Source: a virus
Taxonomy: Duplodnaviria; Heunggongvirae; Uroviricota; Caudoviricetes
Virus record (IMG/VR): IMGVR_UViG_2802429224_000004
Span: 1-64,000 of that record
Strand: one strand, 5' to 3'
DNA length: 64,000 bases
Position numbers and translations under genes: made by a program. Below are positions 22,819-34,614 of this stretch, piece after piece. The stretch's first letter is position 1. Every line of letters begins with the position of its first letter. The notes beneath the pieces are model-generated. The model saw only the letters and a program-made list of their open reading frames with translations, was not told the DNA's origin and ran no database searches.

Positions 22819-25774
22819 GTCCTACATTGTACCACTGACCATTAATATATTTCTGGACAGGCGCATAAACAGGCCACTCCCAGTCATCATCAAAGTTACC
22901 ACCTGTAAGAACATACCCCGCCGGGAGTGTTCCACCTTCACCCCCCCATTTTATTCCGCTCTGGTTAGCTCCCATGCGAACGTCACGCACATAGCGTGAG
23001 TCAAAATTGCCATAATTTCCGGGAATAATTTGCGCACCGCAAAGCCAGTTACCGTTATTGTCCATGTACGCCTGACCATCGGTGCCATTGGCTGTCCTTG
23101 AGTTATTAATCATGTAGATGCCAAATTGCTTATTTCCCAGACCGCCAATCATAAATTTGCGGTCGGCATGGTCCTGACGGAGCAAGGCCTGAGCACCATC
23201 AGTGGATACCGCATTACGTCCCATAATAACGTTCTGGTCACGCATATGAATCCACATGCCTGTACTGCTGTTAATTAAAAAACGGTTTGTAAATATATCT
23301 CCTGTAACATCCAGACCATGCCCCATGCTTATCCGACCAGTTCTAAGATTAAGCGTAAAGGGGCGTAGTGGCCCTATATCACCATTTTCTCCCTCGTTCT
23401 CTCGTGTAGGGATGATATGCAGGCATTCTTCAGAACGGCGAAAAATGGCACCAAAAGATGAATTAAATATCCTCAGTGCATTGACTGTCGATATTTTTAC
23501 TTCACTGCTGAAAAGGGCTTTAACAAGAACAGACAAAGCATCCCATTTAAGATTCATCAGGTCTTTTGTTGTGGTGCTTTGTTTGCTTCTCCATTTGAAA
23601 TATTCATTGCCGTTGTCGCCTGTTTCAAACCACATGTATGAATCAGTATCGCTGTCGGCATCATTTTTAAATCCAATCTTTGCCCAGTCAGTATTTCGAA
23701 TCCAGGCAAGAATTGAGTCGTTTTCAAAAGTAAGTCCACCGGACAAGGTATCGCCTGTCTTTTGAACCGCGTTATCAGCCTTGTTTACCGTTTCCTGTAG
23801 ATTTAAATTTTCCGCTGTTAGCTCAATATTTTTAGAACCGTCAAACGAGACACCGTTGATAGTACACGCCGTCTGCAATTTGGTCGCTGTAGCCGCATTA
23901 CCAGAGGTGTCCTGATTCCCTTTGACATTGACGCCGGGAATTGAATCTTTTGACGTATAGACCTGCGCCCATTCGGACCATGCCGCAGCAGTGCTATCTC
24001 TTTTGGATCGAATGAAAGCTGGTGCATGAGCGCCATTTGTGCCACTCCAGCCAATGAGCAACTCGCCTTCACCAGTGGATGCAGCTCCCTTCAGGTGAAG
24101 TACATTCCCGTAAGTCGTCGGATAACCATTGTTGTATGCCTCATACATCTGCAATCCAGTAGCAGCACCTTGCGTTATACCGGTAAGCGCAGTAACGCGT
24201 CCTCTAGACGTAATTGTTGGTATCGAAATGTTCGTAGAACCATCGAATCTGACGCCATTAATGTTTATGGCTGTTTTTAATTTCGTCGCGGTGTCGGCGT
24301 TCCCTGTCAGCGCCCCGGTGATCCCGCCGTTGAAAGTCTGGCGCGCACTCCATGTGTTAGCCGTACTCAACAGGGGGATCTTTTCACCGCTGGTACCGAG
24401 TTCTCTTAAACCAAGGTATTGGATAACGGCCAGTGTGCTTGTTTTAGCCAGAATATCGCGACCGACTGACGTTAAATCAGTCTGAGCTACCGTATCCTTA
24501 CCAGTGAAATAAGGCAGTTTGTTTGCACCAGTCGCAAGGGCAGCGAGAGCGGTTAAAGTTGCATCCAGAGGCTGTTTGCCTGCCAGCGCATTTGTCATTG
24601 TTGTCGCAAAGTTCGGGTCATTGCCAAGTGCTGCGGCAAGCTCATTCAGGGTATCAAGAGCTTCTGGTGATGAACCAACCAATGCGGATATGGCAGCTCT
24701 TACATAAGCGGTCGTAGCAATCTGCGTGTTATTCGTACCCTGTGCAGCGGTAGGCGCAGTAGGTATTCCCGTTAATGCTGGACTTGCTAAAGGCGCTTTA
24801 AGAGCCAGAGCATTGTTGATAGTTGTGCTGAAATTCGGGTCGTTATTGATCGCAGCAGCTATTTCTTTAAGCGTATCCAGTGTGCCAGGTGCACCGTTGA
24901 TAAGTGCTGTTATAGCTGCCTTAACAAAGGCTGTATTTGCTATCTGCGTGCTGTTTGTACCTTGCGCTGCCGTCGGCGCGGTTGGCGTTCCTGTCAGACT
25001 CGGGCTTTCTATTGGCGCTTTGGTATCAGCCAGATCTTTTACAGACTTAACAGCTTTAGGGGTAGCTGCCATTGTTTCGCTGTCGCTGTTAGTTGCGCTA
25101 CTGAGCTGAACTAATCCCTTTTGCGTTGTGCTTGCATCCTGCGCCGTATACTTGCTTTTCGCCAGATCGTAGGCTTTTTTAACTGCCAGCGAACTTGCAG
25201 CAACATCACTTCTGCTACTGGTTACAGAGTCTGAAATATCAATGCCGATCGTGCGGTTAATACGCTCGGATGTATCAATCATCTCCTGGGTAATGGCTGA
25301 TACGCCGGCAGGGATATTCACCGTACAAACAAGCAGCTCCCCATCTCCTAACTGATATGAATCGGTATAGGTTCTGGTAACAAATTCAGCCGCATGAATA
25401 TGTGACGCGGTATTAACCTGATAGGTATCCTCTCCAAGGAGGTATCTTCCCTTCAGCACAATTGCATATTTCTTGCCTGCACTAAGTGCAAGAGAAATAT
25501 CCGTACGTTGCTGAATAGTTACCTGGTAGAATTCACCAATATCCACCGACGCCGCGCCTGCGGTTTTATCACCATCCACTGAGGTGATTAACAGGTTCAT
25601 CCCACCGCCAGGCTTAGGTAAGAAACCGGCATAAAATCCCGGGTCAACAATCCCCCTGAATTTTCGGTTTAGCGCGGCTGACAGATATGGTTCGTGGTAT
25701 TGCACATCAGCCACCAGAGCCAACGACTCGGGTGATGGGTAAGTAACTGATGTAACAACTGTAACGTCATTCAT
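22811..25774 (-). CDS. S: tail fibre protein S (constant Sc fused to currently active Sv)
   Basis: Probable ATG at 25774 with aagga RBS (ORF extends to 25861); Ala/Thr-rich tandem repeats; spans cixR. Confidence 0.75.
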   Translation of the reverse strand: MNDVTVVTSVTYPSPESLALVADVQYHEPYLSAALNRKFRGIVDPGFYAGFLPKPGGGMNLLITSVDGDKTAGAASVDIGEFYQVTIQQRTDISLALSAGKKYAIVLKGRYLLGEDTYQVNTASHIHAAEFVTRTYTDSYQLGDGELLVCTVNIPAGVSAITQEMIDTSERINRTIGIDISDSVTSSRSDVAASSLAVKKAYDLAKSKYTAQDASTTQKGLVQLSSATNSDSETMAATPKAVKSVKDLADTKAPIESPSLTGTPTAPTAAQGTNSTQIANTAFVKAAITALINGAPGTLDTLKEIAAAINNDPNFSTTINNALALKAPLASPALTGIPTAPTAAQGTNNTQIATTAYVRAAISALVGSSPEALDTLNELAAALGNDPNFATTMTNALAGKQPLDATLTALAALATGANKLPYFTGKDTVAQTDLTSVGRDILAKTSTLAVIQYLGLRELGTSGEKIPLLSTANTWSARQTFNGGITGALTGNADTATKLKTAININGVRFDGSTNISIPTITSRGRVTALTGITQGAATGLQMYEAYNNGYPTTYGNVLHLKGAASTGEGELLIGWSGTNGAHAPAFIRSKRDSTAAAWSEWAQVYTSKDSIPGVNVKGNQDTSGNAATATKLQTACTINGVSFDGSKNIELTAENLNLQETVNKADNAVQKTGDTLSGGLTFENDSILAWIRNTDWAKIGFKNDADSDTDSYMWFETGDNGNEYFKWRSKQSTTTKDLMNLKWDALSVLVKALFSSEVKISTVNALRIFNSSFGAIFRRSEECLHIIPTRENEGENGDIGPLRPFTLNLRTGRISMGHGLDVTGDIFTNRFLINSSTGMWIHMRDQNVIMGRNAVSTDGAQALLRQDHADRKFMIGGLGNKQFGIYMINNSRTANGTDGQAYMDNNGNWLCGAQIIPGNYGNFDSRYVRDVRMGANQSGIKWGGEGGTLPAGYVLTGGNFDDDWEWPVYAPVQKYINGQWYNVGRA
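24401..24426. other. Cin crossover site (cixR-like)
   Basis: ttctcttaaaccaaggtattggataa; inverted copy of the cixL core, inside S. Confidence 0.65.
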
Positions 25775-25785
25775 CAAGCATATCC

Positions 25786-26220
25786 TTATGCTGTTGTCGT
25801 GTTTATGGCCATAACTGCGGTATATGTTTTGCCCACATACAGCGAGTCTTCCTGGACACAAATAATGGCGATTGGCTTGTTCTCGTTATCCAGAACAACC
25901 AGAGTGTTGAATGGGTAGTTTTTCCCTTCCTGCAACTGGCTTTGATCAAGGTCCATTCGGACAGTAATTATCCCGCCAGAGTAGGTTGGGACGAGGTTAA
26001 TGGTGCAAAATTGACTGGTCAGTTCAGCCAGATCGAAAACCTTTGGCAGTTCTCCAATCTCATAAGTGCCATCTCCTTTCTTAGTAACCAATGAACTGGT
26101 ACCGAAAACGGCCTTGCTGATTAAAAATCGAGAGCCTTTGTTAATGGACGATTCAGCGCGCCGCTGATAGTAATAGTCCAACAACTGACTCTTATAGAGG
26201 TTTGTTGAGACGTCAGACAT
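25786..26220 (-). CDS. tail-fibre-associated structural protein (R-like)
   Basis: 144-aa ORF directly upstream of S; synteny only. Confidence 0.4.
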   Translation of the reverse strand: MSDVSTNLYKSQLLDYYYQRRAESSINKGSRFLISKAVFGTSSLVTKKGDGTYEIGELPKVFDLAELTSQFCTINLVPTYSGGIITVRMDLDQSQLQEGKNYPFNTLVVLDNENKPIAIICVQEDSLYVGKTYTAVMAINTTTA

Positions 26221-26298
26221 GATTTTCCCTAATCAATGTTGTGAAGCCTCATTGTAAGAGAAGTAACTTGTCACCCCGCCCTATGGACGGGGTGATTG

Positions 26299-27138
26299 TC
26301 AGGCGTCGCTATCCAGCAACAAATCATCTGCGCGTGTGCGATCAAACGTAGGTGTCGCTTTCACAATAGTGCCACCAGGCGTTGCGGTGATCGGGGCGCT
26401 AATCGACGTAACTCCAGTAAGCGAAGTTGTATCCGAAGTTTCAAACCAGCAGAATGCTTTTTCGGTATCAGAAATCTCGTTCAAAGTGATCATGTCGGCC
26501 TGTTCATTTACAACAACCGACAAATAGAGCGTAAGCCCATCAAACACTATATGCAGTGGCAGTAGAGGCTTTACGAACTGATTAAACTTTCTGAGAATTT
26601 CTTCTGTAATTGCGGACTGATCTATCGTGCCAGTAATACCCATTGTCCTGGCCAGGTCGTTTATGGGAATACTGATCATCCCTCTGGAAGTCAGAAACAT
26701 CTCGCCGAATGTGCCGCCGGTAGTCTCCAGTGTGCTTTCTGGTATTAGAACTGTGCCATAGGGATGACGCTCAAGGTCCACCGGTGCATATATCGGATCC
26801 CATAAAACAGAAATACCGTTAAATTCGCGGTAAATTGTCTGGTTTATAGGACGTTCAGTTCCCTTAAAGTGGATCTCATCAAGCCGCTGTTGTAACAACA
26901 TCGGAACGGAAGATGAGTTCGAGGTTCTGATAGTAAAGAACTGGCCAAGTTCATTTGTCCTGGTCTCCAGATCCTCCTTGCTCATGGAGAAAATAGACTT
27001 CCGGTTGGTAATTCGCTCCAACCATGGGTCAACAAAGGTGTCCATCATTGACTGAACCAAATCAGCCAATGATTTATAGAGCAATGACTTTTGCTTAGCT
27101 GATGTAAGCCGGTTATTAAACCAGGAACGCTGCATCAC
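26299..27138 (-). CDS. baseplate protein
   Basis: 279 aa, 4-nt overlap with upstream gene; synteny. Confidence 0.4.
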   Translation of the reverse strand: MMQRSWFNNRLTSAKQKSLLYKSLADLVQSMMDTFVDPWLERITNRKSIFSMSKEDLETRTNELGQFFTIRTSNSSSVPMLLQQRLDEIHFKGTERPINQTIYREFNGISVLWDPIYAPVDLERHPYGTVLIPESTLETTGGTFGEMFLTSRGMISIPINDLARTMGITGTIDQSAITEEILRKFNQFVKPLLPLHIVFDGLTLYLSVVVNEQADMITLNEISDTEKAFCWFETSDTTSLTGVTSISAPITATPGGTIVKATPTFDRTRADDLLLDSDA

Positions 27139-28568
27139 TCCTCCTCATACGAAATATTAAAGGTGGAGTTTTCTGTATCCAGATAAACGAAATCGTAAAA
27201 GCCGTTGGACTCATTCCACTCGACAAATTCCAGATAAAAGTCGCGGAAATAACCCAGCGTTTCGATAAATGCCCAAACGTCTTTTTTCTTGATTAGGATG
27301 TACTTGCCGACACGGTTCGGATCAAAGAAAGTTGAGTCACGCCCAAATTTTGTTTCCAGTGCCGACTTCAGCTCATCAGTCACGTTCTCAATGGTCAGGC
27401 TTGCCGATATCCGCCCGGTGATGGTGATCTTAAAGGGTAGTTTTCTGACCTCTTTATACGAGAAGTTCTTGTTCAACTCATTCGGCACCTTCTTGAAGGC
27501 AGCCAGGATCATTTCTTCAAGCTCTGACTGGCTTTTGTTTGGATGCCATCCTGAAATAAATATCTTATTGATATTCCGAACATTATAAGCACCATCTAAT
27601 TTCTCTTGCTGGCCTTCGCCCCATGCCTTTACCCAGGACAGTCCCGGGATGTTACGCACCAGAAAATACGTATAGTCCCCGCCCCATACGACCTGATCAT
27701 CATAGGCAAGGTAATATTGTGCACGATTACGTGTGATCTCCGTTGTTTCGGCATCGGTACCTGCGGTTATGGGTGTCGTTGTCTTAACTGAAATCAAATT
27801 AGCTAAATTAGCCGCAGAATCGACAGGAGTCAGGTTTTGGCCAGCAACCAGGGTTATATCTCCGTTGGTGCACCATACCTTAAGTGTAATGGTCGAGCCT
27901 TCTGGCGGTATTTGCCCAATTAGCCCATCACCGAATCGAACCCCCAACTGCTCGGATGGCTTATAAAACTCAACGTAGACCTGGCTTTTACTACCGGCTA
28001 ACCGGAACATAGTGCTGGAAGACCACTGCGTGGTCTTACCATCGGTCGTCACGAATACTTCCAGCTTATAGCAGACAGCAGTGAGAGCCTTTGATAACAC
28101 GACTTCCAGAAATTCTTTGGCTGCCGTAACGGTATATGTCACCTCCTGGATTTCCAACTGTGCCACTTCTACCGTACCGGTGCCGTCAACCAACCTGCAT
28201 ACATCCATAGTCATGTAAGGGTACTGGTCGTCAGATATTAAAGGCATGTTTTTGGGGATTACCGCTGGGGCATCTTCACTTGTGGCAGTGATCTCAATCA
28301 TCCCCGATGACGGTGTTGGCTTGGTACCAACGTAACTATTCGTTTCTGCCGCTGCCAGGATAGAGGAACGCCGCGTCGCGGTCGATATAAAGCCTTCAGC
28401 CAGCGCCGCATCGGCATACTGAAAGCACCTGTAGACAATCTGGGTAATAAACAATGTCAGCATCGAGACAAATTGAGAGCCGACAAACTTCGACCAGAAT
28501 GAATCTTTCTCGACAAGCTCTTCAAACTCTGCACGAATACTGTCTTTAGTCGGTGTTGTTTTACTCAT
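27135..28568 (-). CDS. baseplate protein (BplA-like)
   Basis: 477 aa, overlapping stop/start with neighbours; synteny. Confidence 0.4.
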   Translation of the reverse strand: MSKTTPTKDSIRAEFEELVEKDSFWSKFVGSQFVSMLTLFITQIVYRCFQYADAALAEGFISTATRRSSILAAAETNSYVGTKPTPSSGMIEITATSEDAPAVIPKNMPLISDDQYPYMTMDVCRLVDGTGTVEVAQLEIQEVTYTVTAAKEFLEVVLSKALTAVCYKLEVFVTTDGKTTQWSSSTMFRLAGSKSQVYVEFYKPSEQLGVRFGDGLIGQIPPEGSTITLKVWCTNGDITLVAGQNLTPVDSAANLANLISVKTTTPITAGTDAETTEITRNRAQYYLAYDDQVVWGGDYTYFLVRNIPGLSWVKAWGEGQQEKLDGAYNVRNINKIFISGWHPNKSQSELEEMILAAFKKVPNELNKNFSYKEVRKLPFKITITGRISASLTIENVTDELKSALETKFGRDSTFFDPNRVGKYILIKKKDVWAFIETLGYFRDFYLEFVEWNESNGFYDFVYLDTENSTFNISYEEE

Positions 28569-28924
28569 AGCACCACGTCCTGTGTGATAGTTATATCCCT
28601 GATACGAATGGATATTTTCAACTTATCAAAAGCATCTCCCTCGGCTACTGACAAGCCAGAAATCGGTATGTCAGGTAAATCTACCGTCAGTTTTTGCAAC
28701 AGCATTGCCTCAACCGCAATTTGAACATGCGACAAGTTGGTCGGTTCGTGTTTAAACTGCGGTAAAACATTGCCCCATGACGGATCTCCGTATACCTCAC
28801 CCTGATAAGTGTTTAGCCACTCATATAAACGAGCGCCCCAGGCCTCCTCCTGGGACTCATACGTTTTTACGCCGGATAACTCCAGCGTCAGTAAAGGATC
28901 AATTTCGTTATTGTTGGCCATCAA
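28565..28924 (-). CDS. small baseplate wedge-like protein
   Basis: 119 aa between sit and baseplate genes; translationally coupled. Confidence 0.35.
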   Translation of the reverse strand: MMANNNEIDPLLTLELSGVKTYESQEEAWGARLYEWLNTYQGEVYGDPSWGNVLPQFKHEPTNLSHVQIAVEAMLLQKLTVDLPDIPISGLSVAEGDAFDKLKISIRIRDITITQDVVL

Positions 28925-31900
28925 TCAACTCTCGCGTAGTCATTCATCAACGGATCATCAATTGACAGTGGCACCGTGCGCATAACGCCCGGTTGAGGCG
29001 TGCTGACCTTTACGACAGTTCCCTGGCCTTTCGCCGAGTCTTTAGTGTGCTCTTCAATCCTGGCAAGCAATGAGGTCATCTGCGCAAACAGCCGCTTCGT
29101 TTCACCATCAAGTGAAACGGTATTATCAGCCAACTGCATTGTCGGCTTGGCACCGGAGCCGCCAAGGTCACTAATAACCTGTCCGTCTATCTGCATACGA
29201 CCGGTTGGTTGCTGCAAATCGTTGGCGGCAGTCGTCACCTGGGACGTGGAGGCTGGTTCAGGCGCATTATTTTTCCGCATCCCCGGCGAGTTGCGGAGTT
29301 TATCGAATAGTCCATCAATCCCCATTTGTGCGCCGAGTTGGTCAAAGTAACTTGAGTTGCTGGCCACCGGACGCGCCTCTTCAACTGGCATCGGAGTATC
29401 AACATACACATTGCCAGCTGCTGTTGCGGTCCCCTTCCCTCGTGCACGTTCTTCGAGCGTTCCCTGAACGACTTCCCGACGCATACCCCGGCCATTCATG
29501 AATTTGTTGACCAGATCGTTAACGCCAACAGCATTGCCAATTTTGTCTACCAGACCGCCTTTCTCAAACGGGCTATCACCAGGGGTAAACGCTAGGCCAG
29601 TAGACTGATCGATAACGGCGTTATCAGGTATCTTTTCGTAAATTGCTGGTGCGCTATGATCTACCTTAGAGCCATAAACGGCACCATTATTGAGCATCTG
29701 CTGATACCCTCTGACACGAGTAACATATTCGCCGGTACCTGCGACTACTCTCCCCTTATCAACATGCCCCATACCAGCATGATAGGCAGCTATTGCACGA
29801 CCCTGATCACCGTTATAACGGTTCATCAGCATACTTAGGTATCTGGCGGCACCATCAGCTGCTTTTCGTGTATCCATGGCATCAGCATCGCTGAGTCCAA
29901 GATCCTCCCTTGTACCTTTAGTGATCTGAAAAGCCCCAAGGGCAGATGAAAGTTTGTTCCCGTTTTTGTCTACTGGATTTCCAGTTCTCTGGCCTGCACT
30001 AGACTCTGCGGATGCAACTGCTGACAGAATCCCTTTTTCAAGCCCATACTTACGTTCAAGCTCATCAAAATAATCGGCATTGTCAGAAATCCATTGGTAT
30101 CCGGCAGCATTTAATTTTGGCAAAGAAACATCCTTGCCATTGTTAAATCGACGTTTATCTATCTCATATGCACTTAATGCTTCCTCCTTGCCTGTAGCAG
30201 GCTGGCCCAAGGCAGCATCAATTGTTTGTGCTGCTTTATTTCCTGTTTCTACGGCATTTGCATTACTAATCTGATTAGCAGTTTCTTTAACTGTTTTATT
30301 GCTATCTTTCGCCATATCCAGGGCCGCATTTATCACGCGGGCAGCAATATTAGTCTGTTTGGCATCGGATTCAGTTTTAGAATCAGATGTCCCCTGATGG
30401 CTATTAACCGGAGTTTTTAACTCCGGAGTGATTTCTTTCGCATTAGCCTCGCCGATCAGATTGGGTATTTTTGATACAATCATTGCCGCAGGGGTATTTT
30501 TAACGGCATCAACCGCTGCATCTAATGCTTTACCTGGTAAATTTTTAACCCCATCCCAAATATTACCAGCCGCCTCCTTAATGTGTTTCCCTGGGTTCTT
30601 AATGAAATCAATTGCACTATCAATTGCATCACTGAAAACCTGTTTCAGGTTATCGACAGTAAAGAAGTCTTTGATGGCATCCAGCTTTTCAAGCAGCTTA
30701 TTAGATGTATCGCTAAACCATGCTGAAACAGCATCACCAATCTTTGCTGTGTAATCATCGAACTTGGTAGAAATGGTGTCGCCAAGGTTAGAAATATATG
30801 TTTCTAAGTTGGTAATCCCACTATCTATGGCCTGGGCAATACTTTCCGTCGAAAATGATTGCAACATATTGCCGATATCCTCAAATCCAAGTGATTTGAG
30901 AACCTCACCAATGGCGCTGCTAATACCAGATACCAGTCCCCCCATATCAAGAACATTAGCTAACGTATAAGCGGCTTTTTGCTGGAATGATGGATCTTGT
31001 CCTGATTTAAGCCCAAACGCTCGACGTTGCGCTTCTGTATCATTCCAACCGGTTACCGCATCATAAATACCTCCAGCCACTGTGCCGACTAGGGGAATTG
31101 CGCGTAACGCCCCTTTACCAACTGCCTTTAATCCAAGTTTACCTGCTGCCCGGGCAGCCAAATCTCCGCCTTCATGGGCGAGAGTCTTCTTGCCACCACC
31201 GCGTAGCATTCCTACAAGTTTCTTTGCCCCCAGAGCGCCAAAAGCGAGTGCTCCAGCTTTTTTCAGCATGCCACGCCTCATTAACAACGACGCGACGCCA
31301 CCGGCCCCCTTCCCTAACAGGCTAAATAATTTGGACAGCAAGCCGCCCTTCTTTTTCCCAGTGTTTTTGGCTATCTGATCAAGGGCGCTGAGAATCTTGT
31401 CATTGCCCTCTTTAATTTCGCTGGTCTGATCCTGAAGTTCCTGAACCGTCCGTTTTTGGGTGTTAACCTGAACGACATCGGCACTATTTTGCGATTTACG
31501 CCTAAAAAAACCTTTTCTACGGCTGTTATCGTCATTGCCACGAATCACATCGGCAATAGACTTTCTGGCACCATTAAGCGATCCACCAACTTCTTTTGAT
31601 ATCCCGCCAAGCTCCTTCCCTGCGGCCCACAATGGACCAGCAACGGCATAACCTAACGCATCGACGGCACGAGTCTCTGAAGGGTTACCTATGCCTTCAG
31701 CTACTTTTGACAGTTTTTTTAATAAACCTGATTCAGCATTTAGACGCTCATCATCCTCTTTGCGCCTGGCCTTTTCAGCACGTTCAGCACGGGCATCTTC
31801 CGCTGCGGCCTTACTCCCTGACTTTCCAATAAAACGACCACGCGCATCGCGTTGGTTTTGGCTTTTTTGCGCACCGCCTTTTTGACCGAACATTTCGCGA

Positions 31901-32295
31901 GCGTGTTCGGCTGCTTCAGTCCGTTGCGCCTTTACATCTTCTGTTATAGCCTTCTTGCGTCGTTTTTTACCCTTTCGCGTAGTTGATTTGGCCTGCTGTT
32001 CCTGTTGAGCAACATCCTCCTGAACTACACGAGAAACGTCCCCTAAATTAAGCCGTTTCATTGCGTCAACAATAGGGTCTACTGATGGCGCTTTGGCCAC
32101 AAAGTCAGGCCGGGAATTTTCGATTGTGCGATTTAATGCCGACACGCTGCGAGAGACAGGATCAACAGTAGCAACTCGCCCACCTTTCAAATCTTCAACA
32201 GCTTCCCGAATACCAGCAAGCTCTTCCAGCTCTTTTGCGCTGGCGGTTTCAACTGTCCTTATAACATCGTCAATGTTGGCGTTTTTTCGTTCCAT
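28921..32295 (-). CDS. sit: Sit-like tail tape-measure protein with lytic transglycosylase domain
   Basis: 1124 aa; Gly/Ala/Lys-rich extended N-terminal part; SLT-like motifs (SAVASAESSAGQ ... GAFQITKGT ... AAYHAGMG). Confidence 0.75.
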   Translation of the reverse strand: MERKNANIDDVIRTVETASAKELEELAGIREAVEDLKGGRVATVDPVSRSVSALNRTIENSRPDFVAKAPSVDPIVDAMKRLNLGDVSRVVQEDVAQQEQQAKSTTRKGKKRRKKAITEDVKAQRTEAAEHAREMFGQKGGAQKSQNQRDARGRFIGKSGSKAAAEDARAERAEKARRKEDDERLNAESGLLKKLSKVAEGIGNPSETRAVDALGYAVAGPLWAAGKELGGISKEVGGSLNGARKSIADVIRGNDDNSRRKGFFRRKSQNSADVVQVNTQKRTVQELQDQTSEIKEGNDKILSALDQIAKNTGKKKGGLLSKLFSLLGKGAGGVASLLMRRGMLKKAGALAFGALGAKKLVGMLRGGGKKTLAHEGGDLAARAAGKLGLKAVGKGALRAIPLVGTVAGGIYDAVTGWNDTEAQRRAFGLKSGQDPSFQQKAAYTLANVLDMGGLVSGISSAIGEVLKSLGFEDIGNMLQSFSTESIAQAIDSGITNLETYISNLGDTISTKFDDYTAKIGDAVSAWFSDTSNKLLEKLDAIKDFFTVDNLKQVFSDAIDSAIDFIKNPGKHIKEAAGNIWDGVKNLPGKALDAAVDAVKNTPAAMIVSKIPNLIGEANAKEITPELKTPVNSHQGTSDSKTESDAKQTNIAARVINAALDMAKDSNKTVKETANQISNANAVETGNKAAQTIDAALGQPATGKEEALSAYEIDKRRFNNGKDVSLPKLNAAGYQWISDNADYFDELERKYGLEKGILSAVASAESSAGQRTGNPVDKNGNKLSSALGAFQITKGTREDLGLSDADAMDTRKAADGAARYLSMLMNRYNGDQGRAIAAYHAGMGHVDKGRVVAGTGEYVTRVRGYQQMLNNGAVYGSKVDHSAPAIYEKIPDNAVIDQSTGLAFTPGDSPFEKGGLVDKIGNAVGVNDLVNKFMNGRGMRREVVQGTLEERARGKGTATAAGNVYVDTPMPVEEARPVASNSSYFDQLGAQMGIDGLFDKLRNSPGMRKNNAPEPASTSQVTTAANDLQQPTGRMQIDGQVISDLGGSGAKPTMQLADNTVSLDGETKRLFAQMTSLLARIEEHTKDSAKGQGTVVKVSTPQPGVMRTVPLSIDDPLMNDYARVD

Positions 32296-32376
32296 GATCT
32301 TATCGCCTACCGTTTCGGTTTAAGTTTTTCTTCCAGTTTCTCCAACAGGAAAAACGCATAGGATTCAGTAAGCCTT

Positions 32377-33258
32377 TCAGCGTCCTGAATCGGTATACCC
32401 CCATACAAAACCAGGTTGGACACTAAGGTCTGATAGCTTTTCAATCCCCACCTGTGGAATGAAGTCGGTAGCCCGAAAGGGCACCCACAGACGGGTATAC
32501 GCACCCTCTGTGGACTCCTTTTTATCCTGATTTGGGCATTTATGCGGCGGGAGACGAAGACGCATTTCACCTTTATCGATGTAGCACGGTAAACCATGTT
32601 CGAGCTTTTCATGAGCCAGTCGGATGTGTGCCGCCAGCTTCATAAATTCAGTATCAATGGCCATCCGTTTAATCGTTTCATAACGACGCTCAGCCTGATC
32701 TTCACGAGTACCGCTAACATCGTTATAAAGCTCACACTGATAAGCGAATTCCCAAAAACGCAAATCAACGATCGCTTCTTTGAATTCCGCGTCGTCTTCA
32801 GGTGGCAATGCTGCACGGCGCATCTCCAGCATTTCCATTGCCCAACCATCAAGCGGCACGATACGCCATTGATAAGGAACTCCCTCTACAGACACCTCAA
32901 TATCGTCAATGAAAGGTTCCACTTCCAGGACCTGGATATCTTCAGCCAGAGCATTCATATCGCAATCGTAATAATGCTCTTTACCGCAATGTTTACAGGT
33001 GTAGGTGAATGTCTCGACCGGTGTTTCACGGGAGCCGGTAAATATCCACCATAACGCGGTAATCCGGTCCTGCGCCGTCCATGTCAGGGGATCATGTTTC
33101 GCGGGTTCAGCCAGCAAGGCTTTTAAATACGCCGTTGTCTGTTGTTCTTGTTCCTCCGGTGTTATCGAGTTGAAACGCATCGCATCAGCAATATTTGGCT
33201 GACGGAACTGGATCAATTCACTTGGCCGCGATGGTAGCGGAAAAAGGGGTAAAAGCAT
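32377..33258 (-). CDS. tail morphogenesis protein
   Basis: 293 aa; synteny in tail module. Confidence 0.4.
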   Translation of the reverse strand: MLLPLFPLPSRPSELIQFRQPNIADAMRFNSITPEEQEQQTTAYLKALLAEPAKHDPLTWTAQDRITALWWIFTGSRETPVETFTYTCKHCGKEHYYDCDMNALAEDIQVLEVEPFIDDIEVSVEGVPYQWRIVPLDGWAMEMLEMRRAALPPEDDAEFKEAIVDLRFWEFAYQCELYNDVSGTREDQAERRYETIKRMAIDTEFMKLAAHIRLAHEKLEHGLPCYIDKGEMRLRLPPHKCPNQDKKESTEGAYTRLWVPFRATDFIPQVGIEKLSDLSVQPGFVWGYTDSGR

Positions 33259-33272
33259 CCTTGCTCCTTAAT

Positions 33273-33884
33273 TCAAAGAGAAAAACTAAAGCCCAGAAGG
33301 GAAGCCAAAGAACTTGAGGATTGGTTAAACGTGCTGTGCAATGCGAAGGTCATTGGGAATGACTTAAATTCCGTAACCTGATCCCGCGCATAGGTGACAT
33401 CGCCGGTAGTGACCGGAAATACCGTCATCTCATTTTCCAGTTTGGTTAAGCCGGAAGACAGCAACCGATAAATACGCACATTGAGCAAATATTTAGATGG
33501 TATGTTCCCGGTACCGTCAGGATTGATCACCCGACTTTTTGCCGTCTTAAACCAGTCCAAAACGAGGCCATCAACAGTGTCCCTGACCATCATTGTTATC
33601 TGCCCAGGCGAACGCTCCGTTGGCTGAAGGATATTCCCCCCGCCGATTTTAATCGTTTCATATTCGATGCTGTAATCGTGGTAGGTAATGTCTTTGGCAA
33701 AGAAGTCTGCCCCCTCCAGTCCATCAACTTCGACAGAGAACTGCCATCCTTGCGCGAACAGCATTTTGTTCATGATGATTGACGTCAGCTTACCAACTTC
33801 CCGCTCACCAACGCCGGAGCCAAATAATGTCGTCGTTAATGCCGAAGATACATAAGACTTTACTGAAGCAACATTAAGCCCCAT
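33273..33884 (-). CDS. tail tube-like protein
   Basis: 203 aa; synteny. Confidence 0.4.
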   Translation of the reverse strand: MGLNVASVKSYVSSALTTTLFGSGVGEREVGKLTSIIMNKMLFAQGWQFSVEVDGLEGADFFAKDITYHDYSIEYETIKIGGGNILQPTERSPGQITMMVRDTVDGLVLDWFKTAKSRVINPDGTGNIPSKYLLNVRIYRLLSSGLTKLENEMTVFPVTTGDVTYARDQVTEFKSFPMTFALHSTFNQSSSSLASLLGFSFSL

Positions 33885-33894
33885 ATCAGCCCCC

Positions 33895-34485
<591 letters not shown>

Positions 34486-34614
34486 TTAACCGATTCTACG
34501 AGTTGTCATTTGTTACCGGTCAGTCTACACATTTCAGATGCTGCGTTAAAAAATTCAAGTACTTCAAGTAGCACATCGTCATCAACACCCAGCCCCAAGA
34601 TACGGTGATAAAAT

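Larger units (their letters stand above)
19683..24400. other. invertible C segment (tail-fibre host-range switch)
   Basis: Bounded by inverted cix 26-mers; ~130 bp imperfect inverted repeats inside each end encode the same peptide ([34 protein letters not shown]) on opposite strands. Confidence 0.65.

Noticed and set aside
23256-25109. Plus-strand ORFs (84-169 aa) inside the S tail-fibre gene, including Ala/Val-rich frames
   Set aside because: Produced by the repetitive Ala/Thr-rich S coding sequence read in antisense; no independent support.
28921-32295. Many 60-110 aa plus-strand ORFs within sit
   Set aside because: Antisense shadows of a Gly/Ala/Lys-rich gene.
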